From: Candidatus Micrarchaeota archaeon
Lineage (GTDB): Archaea; Micrarchaeota; Micrarchaeia; Anstonellales; Anstonellaceae
Direction of reading: 5' to 3'
Length of the DNA: 64,000 bases
Assembly (NCBI GenBank): GCA_026413765.1
Contig: JAOAKI010000004.1
Span: 97,513 to 161,512 of the forward strand
This document shows, piece by piece, positions 55,842-64,000 of this stretch (the stretch's first letter is position 1; each line of letters opens with the position of its first letter). The notes beneath the pieces are model-generated. The model searched no databases. It was not told the origin of the DNA and saw nothing but the letters and a program-made list of their open reading frames with translations. A program made the translations under genes and the position numbers.

Positions 55842-56969
55842 ATGAAGCTTGCGTTTATCACAGATATGCACTTTGGCTATAGGCGATTCGAAAAAGACGC
55901 CTATCTTCAAGGAAAAGAAGCGATACTTGCTGCAGCTGCCGAAGCAGACCTCATCATTCTTGGTGGAGACAACTTTGACACTCCGCTGCCAAAAATGGAG
56001 ACAATCGCAGATGTAACAGAGATTCTTCTGGAGGCGCAAAAGATCTACAAAAACAAAGGGGCAAACTACCAGCCGATTCTTGCCATACACGGCAATCATG
56101 ATAGGAGGGCAAAAGGGTATGTCAACCCCACCGAGCTTTTGGCAAGAGGCGGCTTTTTGGAAAATATCCACAACAAAACAGTGGTGTTGGAAATTAAAGG
56201 AGAGAAGATAGCTGTCTCTGGGATGGGAAATGTGCCGGATGACTTGGCAAGAGCCGCGTTGATGCAGCTTTCCTGCAAGCCGGTCAAAGGGGCTTTCAAT
56301 GTGTTGGTCATCCACCAATCATTCCAGGAATTTGAAGGGATTCCGAATGACGACTATCTCACATTTGAAGATTTGCCAAAAGGATATGACTTGTACCTTT
56401 GCGGCCATACGCACAAGCCAAATTTGACAGGAAAAGTGCTCAATCCTGGCAGCACAGTCGTCACGCAGTTGAAGAAAGAGGAGACTGCAAAAAGGGGCTG
56501 GCTTCTTTATGACACAGCAAAAAAAGAAGCCATATTCAGGGAAATCAACTCCCGCCAGTTCATATGGAGAGAGCTCCAATTTTCAGGCGCAACCCCACAA
56601 GAAATATGCCAAGCCATAACCCAAGCAGTAAAGGAAACAGACACGCAAGCCAATTTGCTAAAATTAGTGTTGAGGGGGACTGTAGCAGAAGGATTTAAGA
56701 TGGCGGACTTGCAGTTGCCGAATTTTGGAAACAACGTTTTTATAGAAAACAAGCTCAACACAGAAAACTTGAGGCAGAGAATTGAGGACATAAAGAAAAA
56801 AAGAGGGGAAAAGCTTGGGGCAAGGGAGCTTGGAATGGAGATATTGAGAAAAAACCTGGCAAAAACAAAATACAATCTCTACGATTCAGCAGAGCTTTTT
56901 GCGCACCTTCTGGAAGGGAGTGCATTCGAAAAAATAAGGCAAAAGATTGAAAATGAACAAGCAGGCTGA
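55842..56969 (+). CDS. mre11: Mre11/SbcD-like DNA repair exonuclease
   Basis: DMHFG, GGDNFD, IHGNHD, HQS, CGHTH, PGS. Confidence 0.8.
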   Translation: MKLAFITDMHFGYRRFEKDAYLQGKEAILAAAAEADLIILGGDNFDTPLPKMETIADVTEILLEAQKIYKNKGANYQPILAIHGNHDRRAKGYVNPTELLARGGFLENIHNKTVVLEIKGEKIAVSGMGNVPDDLARAALMQLSCKPVKGAFNVLVIHQSFQEFEGIPNDDYLTFEDLPKGYDLYLCGHTHKPNLTGKVLNPGSTVVTQLKKEETAKRGWLLYDTAKKEAIFREINSRQFIWRELQFSGATPQEICQAITQAVKETDTQANLLKLVLRGTVAEGFKMADLQLPNFGNNVFIENKLNTENLRQRIEDIKKKRGEKLGARELGMEILRKNLAKTKYNLYDSAELFAHLLEGSAFEKIRQKIENEQAG

Positions 56970-56971
56970 AA

Positions 56972-58231
56972 TCAAAAGTCTATTCTGTCAACTTTCATAT
57001 AATCCTGGAGCACTTTGGGGACCGAAAATCCATTTTCGTCTTGGAAATTTTCCATTATTGCCACCATGCATCTTCCTACTGCAACCCCGCTGCCATTTAG
57101 AGTATGGACAAACTCCAGCTTGTTTTCCCTCCTGAAGCGAATGTTCGCCCTGCGCGCCTGAAAGTCGGCGCAGTTTGAGCATGACGATATCTCACGATAG
57201 CAGTCCTGCGATGGAAGCCAAACCTCAAGATCGTAGGTTTTTGCCGAAGCAAAGCCAAGATCTCCGCTACAAAGCTCAACAACACGATATGGAAGCTCAA
57301 GCCGTTTAAGGACGGACTCCGCATCGGCAACCATTATTTCAAGCTCTTCATAGGAGCGTTCTGGGAGCGAAAACCTGACAAGCTCAACTTTGTCAAATTG
57401 ATGCTGTCTTATTATCCCTTTGATGTCCTTTTGGTATGCTCCTGCCTCACGTCGGAAACAAGGGGTATAAGCGCAAAACTTGACAGGAAGCTGTGTCTCT
57501 TCCAGAATCTCATCTGCAAAATAATTGGTGAGTGGGACTTCTGCTGTTGGTATGAGATATAGATCATCATCTTTGCATTTGTAAAGCTCATGCGAAAATT
57601 TTGGCAATTGGCCAGTGCCGGTCATGGTCTTTGAATTGACAAGGAATGGAGGAAGCAGCTCAAGATATCCATTCATAATATGCAAATCCAGCATGAAATT
57701 GATTAAAGCACGCTCGAGCCTTGCAGCAAGGCCGCGAAGAACAACGAATCGGTGGCCAGCTATTTTCGCCCCACGTTGAAAATCAATCAGATGACTTGCT
57801 GCAACCTCATAATGGGGCTTTACATCTGCTCCTGTTTTTTTTATTTTTCCCCATGTGCGAACGACCTTGTTTGCGGTCTCATCATTCCCAACAGGAACAG
57901 AATCATGCGGAATGTTAGGGAGAAGAAGCAGAATGCTGTCCATCCTATCTTCTAATAATTTTGTTTGCTTTTCGACATCCTCTATCTTTTGTGCAAGCTT
58001 TCTTGACTCAGAAAGAAGATGTTCGATTGGTTGGTTTTGCTTTTTCAGCTCGGAAATCTTGATAGAGATGCTGTTTCTTTCTGCCTTTAGTGCATCTGCC
58101 TGCGCCTTCATCGCTCTCCACTGCTTATCAAGCTCCAACAATTGGTCGGCAAGCTCGGTAGAGTGGTTTCTTTTCTTGAGAGCGTCATAAAGAAGCTGCG
58201 GATTTGCCCTTATTAGCTTGAGAGAAAGCAT
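56972..58231 (-). CDS. serS: Serine--tRNA ligase
   Basis: N-terminal coiled coil, LIPTAEV, CFRREAG, RQHQFDKVE, EISSCSNC, HTLNGSG. Confidence 0.97.
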   Translation of the reverse strand: MLSLKLIRANPQLLYDALKKRNHSTELADQLLELDKQWRAMKAQADALKAERNSISIKISELKKQNQPIEHLLSESRKLAQKIEDVEKQTKLLEDRMDSILLLLPNIPHDSVPVGNDETANKVVRTWGKIKKTGADVKPHYEVAASHLIDFQRGAKIAGHRFVVLRGLAARLERALINFMLDLHIMNGYLELLPPFLVNSKTMTGTGQLPKFSHELYKCKDDDLYLIPTAEVPLTNYFADEILEETQLPVKFCAYTPCFRREAGAYQKDIKGIIRQHQFDKVELVRFSLPERSYEELEIMVADAESVLKRLELPYRVVELCSGDLGFASAKTYDLEVWLPSQDCYREISSCSNCADFQARRANIRFRRENKLEFVHTLNGSGVAVGRCMVAIMENFQDENGFSVPKVLQDYMKVDRIDF

Positions 58232-58235
58232 AGCA

Positions 58236-59117
58236 TCACCGCGAAAACTCTTCCTTGAGAATCTGGATAAGCTCTTGACCTATCTTTCTTTGTGCCTCTG
58301 CAGAGCTGCCAGCAATATGAGGCGTGAGAATCACATTGGGCAACTCGCACAGCTTGCCTTGGTACGGCTCATTCTCGTAAACATCAAGGCATGCGCCGCC
58401 AATCATATTCTTTGACAAAACATCATACAAAGCTTCTTCATCAATAATTGACCCTCTTGCAGTGTTTATGAGCACGGCTGTTTTTTTCATCAAAGATAGC
58501 AGCCTTGCATTGACTAGCTTGTATGTTTGCGCAGTAGCAGGCAAATGGAGGCTGACAAAATCGGACTGAGCAAAAAGCTCTTCAAGGGTTGCCGTTTTTC
58601 CAAGCGACGAAGAAGTGGCTTTCGTGTCGTAGATCAATACGTTCATCCCAAGTGACTTTGCTTTTAGGGCGACCAAAGAGCCAATCCTTCCGAACCCAAC
58701 TATTCCGATGGTTTTCCCTTCAAGCTCAGTCCCCATAAGCTCTTTTTTGATCCATTTTTTATTTTTCATTGAGCTGTCTGCCAGATGAATTTTCCTGCAA
58801 AAGCAAAGAATAAGGGCAAGAGTAAACTCAGCAACTGCATTTGTGCTTGCATTCGGAGTGTTGACAACCTTTATGTTTCTCTTTTGGCATGCATGCAGGT
58901 CGATGTTATCTGTCCCCACGCCTGCCCTTGCCACAATCTTCAATTTTGGGGCTAACTCGAGAAGCGATTCTGTCACTTTAGTCGCAGACCGAACGATCAA
59001 AACATCTGCTTCTTTCAGCGCAGAAGAGAGGTCAGGCGGCGTGACTATACATTCCCCCAATTGCTTCAGGCCGGAGATCACTTCTTGCTCAAGATGGTCT
59101 GCAATCACAATCTTCAT
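58236..59117 (-). CDS. serA: D-3-phosphoglycerate dehydrogenase-like 2-hydroxyacid dehydrogenase (no ACT domain)
   Basis: IVRSATKVT, RAGVGTDNID, GFGRIG, INTARG, LDVYENEP, TPHIAGS. Confidence 0.75.
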   Translation of the reverse strand: MKIVIADHLEQEVISGLKQLGECIVTPPDLSSALKEADVLIVRSATKVTESLLELAPKLKIVARAGVGTDNIDLHACQKRNIKVVNTPNASTNAVAEFTLALILCFCRKIHLADSSMKNKKWIKKELMGTELEGKTIGIVGFGRIGSLVALKAKSLGMNVLIYDTKATSSSLGKTATLEELFAQSDFVSLHLPATAQTYKLVNARLLSLMKKTAVLINTARGSIIDEEALYDVLSKNMIGGACLDVYENEPYQGKLCELPNVILTPHIAGSSAEAQRKIGQELIQILKEEFSR

Positions 59118-59127
59118 TGAAACACCA

Positions 59128-60192
59128 TTATTTGCCTAACACCTTTCGGATACAGTCAAACGCATAATCAAGATGCGCATCATCAAAATTGCCAATATGG
59201 CATATCCTGAAGAACCTTCCTTGAAGCTCGCCGAAATCGCGCGCAGTCACCAAATTGAATTTTTCACGCAACTCTTTTCTTATCGCATCTGCATTTTCCA
59301 AGATGAAGCCTGTAATCGTTGGTGAGTAAAAGCCAGGCTCGGCAAAAACCTTGTAACCAATGCTTTCAACAAATTTGCGAGACTTTTCTGCCGCCAACTG
59401 GTGCTTCCTTCGGTGGGCCTCAAACCCGCCCTTGCTTTTTATGTAATCAATCGCAGCTCGGACTGAAAAAAGGACAGAAACTGCTGGTGTCGTAGGCGTC
59501 TGGTTGTTTTGCATGTCTTTTTTGTATTTTTTCATGTCAAGATAGAAGCTTCTGGCAGCAATCGACTCTGCCCGCAACATCATCTCTTCGGTGAATGCCA
59601 CAATTGCGATTCCTGGTGCAGCGCCAAGCGCTTTTTGAGAACCAGTAACTGCAAAATCGACCGAGAAGTCTTTAAGATCAAGCGGAGCGGCTGCCCAGGC
59701 GGAGATGCAATCCAAAATTGTGACCATTCCCTTGCTCTTTGCGTAGCGGCAGATGGATTTCGCGTCATTAAGCACACCTGTCGAAGTCTCATTGTAGACG
59801 AGGCCAAAAACTTGGGCATCGCTGTTGTCAATTATCTCTTTTGCCCTTTCCAGCGACCATCCTTTTCCAAGAGGTTGAGCGAAAACTTCGGTGCTACAAT
59901 AAACTTTGGAAAGAGCGGCAAGCTTGTCCCCAAAAGTTCCGTTTGTGAGGACAAGTGACTTGTCTGTTGGCTTGGTAAGGCAAGCGTATGCCATCTCAAG
60001 TCCTGCTGTTCCAGAGCCTGTAACCAAAAAGCAATGGTCAGCGTTGAAATCTGCCTTAAGATCAGCGACAATTTCGCTTATTAGAGCCCTTATTTCTGGT
60101 CCGCGGTGGTAAATCATCTCCTGGCTTTGCGAAAGCCTGATTGGGTCGACAAGCTCAACAGGGCCAGGAGTAAGAAGGTGCATTTTCGGCAT
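59128..60192 (-). CDS. Class V PLP aminotransferase (serine-pyruvate / archaeal phosphoserine aminotransferase-like)
   Basis: LLTPGPV, GSGT, NETSTGV, GSQKALGAAPG, TPTTP, FRICHIG. Confidence 0.88.
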   Translation of the reverse strand: MPKMHLLTPGPVELVDPIRLSQSQEMIYHRGPEIRALISEIVADLKADFNADHCFLVTGSGTAGLEMAYACLTKPTDKSLVLTNGTFGDKLAALSKVYCSTEVFAQPLGKGWSLERAKEIIDNSDAQVFGLVYNETSTGVLNDAKSICRYAKSKGMVTILDCISAWAAAPLDLKDFSVDFAVTGSQKALGAAPGIAIVAFTEEMMLRAESIAARSFYLDMKKYKKDMQNNQTPTTPAVSVLFSVRAAIDYIKSKGGFEAHRRKHQLAAEKSRKFVESIGYKVFAEPGFYSPTITGFILENADAIRKELREKFNLVTARDFGELQGRFFRICHIGNFDDAHLDYAFDCIRKVLGK

Positions 60193-60293
60193 AACTCTCC
60201 CATACGATAAACTCTAGGAAAATTTTAAAATGAATGTATAGAGTTGGCTTTGCGTAGGTAAATTTAAATGGAAGATGCAAAAGAATCCAAACC

Positions 60294-62255
60294 ATGAGCT
60301 ATGCCTTAGAAGCGCCTTTTAAGCCCGCAGGAGACCAGCCAGCTGCTATTGCAAAATTGGTTGAAGGAGTCAAAAAAGGAGGAAAGCAGACCCTTTTGGG
60401 TGTCACTGGCTCGGGCAAAACATTCACAATCGCAAACGTAATTGCAAAAACAAACAAAAGCTGTCTTGTAATATCGCACAACAAGACACTTGCGGCACAG
60501 CTTTACTCTGAATTTAAGCAATTTTTCCCAAAAAACAAAGTGGGCTATTTCGTTTCATATTATGATTATTACCAGCCCGAAAGCTACATACCGCAGACAG
60601 ACACTTACATCGAAAAGGATGCACAAATCAATGAAAAAATTGAAAGGCATAGGCTACAGTCAACTGCGTATTTGCTTTCGCCAGGCCCGACAATTATTGT
60701 CGCAACTGTTTCGTGCATATATGGGCTGGGTTCTCCAAAAGAATGGCTGGACATGTCAGTATTGATAAAGAAAGGGGCAGTGGTGCCGCGCTCTTCGCTT
60801 TTGGCATCCTTGATTGCAATCCAATACGAAAGGAACGATTTTGAGCTTAAAAGCGGATCGATACGCTGCAAAGGAAACACGATCGACATAGCGCCAGGCT
60901 ACCAAGACGAGATAATAAGGGTAATACTTGACGGGGACACAATAGGCAAGATTGCCCTGCTTGAGCCAACAACTGCAAGCCCCATTCAGGAATTGGAGGA
61001 AGTCAGGATTTTTCCTGCAAAGCATTATGTAGTTCCGCTGTCAATAAGGGAGAGGGCAATAAAAAGCATTCGCATAGAGCTTGAGCAACGATTGCCGGAA
61101 CTGCCCGAGCTGGAGAGGCACAGATTAAAGACAAGAACAAACTATGACCTGGAGCTTATAGAAGAGCTGGGCTATTGCAAAGGCATAGAGAACTATTCGC
61201 GCCATTTTGACTGCCGATCGCCTGGGGAGCCCCCATACACTCTCATGGATTTCTTGCCTAAAGATGCCCTTATCGTAATAGATGAATCGCATGTCACAAT
61301 CCCTCAATTGCATGGGATGTACCATGGCGACTATACGCGGAAAAAAAATCTTGTTGATTACGGCTTTCGCTTGCCTTGCGCTTATGACAACCGCCCGTTG
61401 AAATTTGAGGAATTCGAAAAGTACTTGAAGAATGTGATTTTTGTTTCTGCAACCCCTGGAGAATATGAAAGAAAAACTTCATTCCAAATAGTTGAGCAGC
61501 TCGTTCGGCCAACAGGGCTTCTTGACCCGAAGGTGATTGTAAGGCCGACAAAGGGGCAGGTTGAAGATTTGATAAATGAAATACGGGCAAGATCAAAAAG
61601 AGGCGAAAGGGCGCTCATCACCACTCTCACAAAAAGAATGGCGGAGGATTTGACGGACTATTTGTTGGAAAACAAAATCAGCGCGCACTACCTGCACTCT
61701 GAAATCGAAACTATACAAAGGACAGAAATAATAAGAAAGCTGAGGCTTGGAGAATATGATTGCATTGTGGGAATCAATCTGCTGCGCGAAGGGCTCGATA
61801 TCCCAGAAGTGTCGCTCGTTGCGATTTTGGATGCGGACAAAGAGGGCTTTCTGCGCAACGAGACTTCGTTGATTCAGACAATTGGGAGGGCTGCACGAAA
61901 CATCAACGGGACAGCAATACTTTATTGCGACAGGATGACTGACGCGATCAAGGCAGCAATAACTGAGACTGAAAGAAGAAGGCAAGCGCAGGAGCTGTTC
62001 AATAAAGAGCATGGCATAACGCCCAAAACAATAGTCAAAGCAGTTGCTGAATCGCAGCTTGTGCCTGTAATTGAGCAGGAGGCAAAGGCTAAAAATATTG
62101 AAGAGCTGAAGAAGGTGGCAATCAACTTAGAAATAGAGATGCAGAAGGCTGCAGAAGAGCTTGATTTTGAAAGGGCAATTCAGTTGCGCGACAAATTGTT
62201 TGAGATAAGGCTGAAGATAAAAAACCTGCAGAGGAGGAAGCAAGATGCAAGATAA
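60294..62255 (+). CDS. uvrB: Excinuclease ABC subunit B
   Basis: GVTGSGKT, YYDYYQPE, DESH, GINLLREGLD, IQTIGRAARN, C-terminal UVR domain. Confidence 0.97.
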   Translation: MSYALEAPFKPAGDQPAAIAKLVEGVKKGGKQTLLGVTGSGKTFTIANVIAKTNKSCLVISHNKTLAAQLYSEFKQFFPKNKVGYFVSYYDYYQPESYIPQTDTYIEKDAQINEKIERHRLQSTAYLLSPGPTIIVATVSCIYGLGSPKEWLDMSVLIKKGAVVPRSSLLASLIAIQYERNDFELKSGSIRCKGNTIDIAPGYQDEIIRVILDGDTIGKIALLEPTTASPIQELEEVRIFPAKHYVVPLSIRERAIKSIRIELEQRLPELPELERHRLKTRTNYDLELIEELGYCKGIENYSRHFDCRSPGEPPYTLMDFLPKDALIVIDESHVTIPQLHGMYHGDYTRKKNLVDYGFRLPCAYDNRPLKFEEFEKYLKNVIFVSATPGEYERKTSFQIVEQLVRPTGLLDPKVIVRPTKGQVEDLINEIRARSKRGERALITTLTKRMAEDLTDYLLENKISAHYLHSEIETIQRTEIIRKLRLGEYDCIVGINLLREGLDIPEVSLVAILDADKEGFLRNETSLIQTIGRAARNINGTAILYCDRMTDAIKAAITETERRRQAQELFNKEHGITPKTIVKAVAESQLVPVIEQEAKAKNIEELKKVAINLEIEMQKAAEELDFERAIQLRDKLFEIRLKIKNLQRRKQDAR

Positions 62256-64000
62256 AATCATAATCAAAGGCGCAAGGCAGCACAATCTGAAAAACATAGA
62301 TGTGGAGATACCAAGAAATGCGCTTACAGTAATTACTGGAATATCGGGGAGCGGCAAAAGCACGCTTGCGTTTGATACGATTTATGCAGAGGGACAACGG
62401 CGGTATGTTGAGTCGCTCTCGTCTTATGCAAGGCAGTTTTTGGGGTTGATGAATAAACCTGATGTTGACTCAATTGAGGGGCTTTCGCCTGCGATAGCAA
62501 TCGAGCAGAAGACCACAAGCAAAAATCCTCGCTCGACAGTCGGGACTACAACCGAAATATACGATTATTTGCGGCTCCTTTATGCAAGGATTGGCATACC
62601 TCATTGCCCAAAATGCGGCAAAAAAATATCCTCGCAAACGAATGAGCAAATCGCAAATTTCATCATGACTCAAAACGAAAACAAAGAATGCAAGATACTT
62701 TCCCCGATTGTAAGAGGCAAGAAAGGCACTTACGAAAAGCTTTTCGACGAGCTTCGCAAGAAAGGCTATTCGAAGATAAGGCTGAACGGAAACGTGATGG
62801 ATCTAGACAAGCCAATCCCGAGGTTAGACAAAAACAAGAAGCACACAATAGAGGTTTTTGTGGACAAGTTCACTGTTTGTGGCCAAAATAGGCAGAGGCT
62901 GCTTGAAGCAATAAAAACTGCGGTCAGGGAAAGCCCAGAAGGCTTGGTTGTCGCGCTGATAGACAAAAAAGAAATACTTTTCTCGCAGACCAACTCGTGC
63001 CCAGATTGCGGATTTTCGATGGGCGAGTTGCAGCCGAGGATGTTTTCCTTTAATTCACCTTATGGGGCATGCGAAGAATGCCATGGGTTGGGAGTCAAAA
63101 TAGAATTTGATGTTGACCTGATAATACCGGACAAAACAAAAACGTTCAATGAAGGCGCAATTCTCCCCTGGAAAAATACAGTGATGAGCAGCTATTACCT
63201 TCAGCTTTTGGAAGGATTGGGCAAGCTATATGGCTTCAGCTTGGATACGCAATTTAATGCTTTGACCGAAGAAGCAAAAAGAGCAGTGCTTTATGGCTCA
63301 GATAAAAGAATAGATTACAGAGTTGAAAGCAAAACAAGCGACATGAGATATGAAGGCAGCACCTATTTTGAAGGAGTGATAAATAATCTTGAGCGTCTGT
63401 ATAGGCAGACAAAATCCGAATACAGAAGGCAGGAGCTGGAAAAATTCATGCGCGAATTGCCGTGCCCGAAATGCAAGGGAAAAAGGCTAAAAGACGAAAT
63501 CCTTGCAGTGAAAATAAATGGAAAAAACATCATAGAAGTCACCGAGCTATCAATTGATTCGGCGTACGGGTTTTTCACTTCGCTTAAGCTCTCAAAGGAA
63601 GAGCAGGAGATTGCAAAGCCTGTTTTGCGTGAGATATTGTCTCGTCTGGACTTTCTTATCAATGTTGGGGTAGGGTATTTGACGCTTGACCGCGTGACAG
63701 GCACGCTATCGGGCGGCGAAGCGCAAAGGATAAGGCTTGCGACACAGATTGGCGCGAATTTGACAGGGGTGTTGTACGTCCTTGACGAGCCATCGATAGG
63801 GCTTCACCAGAAAGATAACCACAAATTAATCTCAACCTTGAAAGCGCTGAAAGAGCAAGGAAACACACTAATAGTTGTTGAGCATGACGAGGACACAATA
63901 AGAAGCGCAGACTACGTAGTCGATTTGGGGCCCGGAGCAGGAGCGCATGGTGGGCGTGTTGTCGCAGTGGGAACTCCGGAAGAGATAGAAAAAAGCAAAG
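62245..64000 (+). CDS. uvrA: Excinuclease ABC subunit A; runs off the window edge
   Basis: Not in the ORF track; translated by hand from ATG at 62245: MQDKIIIKGARQHNLKNIDV..GISGSGKSTLAFDTIYAEGQRRYVESLS; later LSGGEAQRIRLATQIG, LDEPSIGLH, VEHDED. Confidence 0.96.
   Translation, partial: MQDKIIIKGARQHNLKNIDVEIPRNALTVITGISGSGKSTLAFDTIYAEGQRRYVESLSSYARQFLGLMNKPDVDSIEGLSPAIAIEQKTTSKNPRSTVGTTTEIYDYLRLLYARIGIPHCPKCGKKISSQTNEQIANFIMTQNENKECKILSPIVRGKKGTYEKLFDELRKKGYSKIRLNGNVMDLDKPIPRLDKNKKHTIEVFVDKFTVCGQNRQRLLEAIKTAVRESPEGLVVALIDKKEILFSQTNSCPDCGFSMGELQPRMFSFNSPYGACEECHGLGVKIEFDVDLIIPDKTKTFNEGAILPWKNTVMSSYYLQLLEGLGKLYGFSLDTQFNALTEEAKRAVLYGSDKRIDYRVESKTSDMRYEGSTYFEGVINNLERLYRQTKSEYRRQELEKFMRELPCPKCKGKRLKDEILAVKINGKNIIEVTELSIDSAYGFFTSLKLSKEEQEIAKPVLREILSRLDFLINVGVGYLTLDRVTGTLSGGEAQRIRLATQIGANLTGVLYVLDEPSIGLHQKDNHKLISTLKALKEQGNTLIVVEHDEDTIRSADYVVDLGPGAGAHGGRVVAVGTPEEIEKSK

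Overview
This is an archaeal chromosomal window with dense, mostly housekeeping genes: PolD DP1/DP2, topoisomerase VI, TFB, aIF-1A/aIF-2beta, class I LysRS, LeuRS, ValRS, SerRS, ribosomal uL16/uL1/uL10/P1, UvrAB, photolyase and an intron-containing tRNA-Arg(UCU). Gene content and style suggest a DPANN archaeon, possibly Micrarchaeota; this placement is inference and was not tested. The most unusual elements are: (1) a protein with a class III (type IV pilin-like) signal peptide carrying 24 tandem six-cysteine C-C-CC-C-C (knottin/conotoxin-framework) repeats; (2) a bacterial receiver-domain/PEP-synthase-like fusion family that appears here as two divergently transcribed halves; (3) a bacterial-type N-acetylmuramoyl-L-alanine amidase flanked by a duplicated small-ORF start; (4) a copper locus with a membrane-anchored wHTH regulator and a Met/Gly-rich membrane protein; (5) a roughly 650 bp AT-rich non-coding region with perfect palindromes. 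No CRISPR array, transposase or integrase was seen. All family calls come from recognising motifs by eye, with no database searches.
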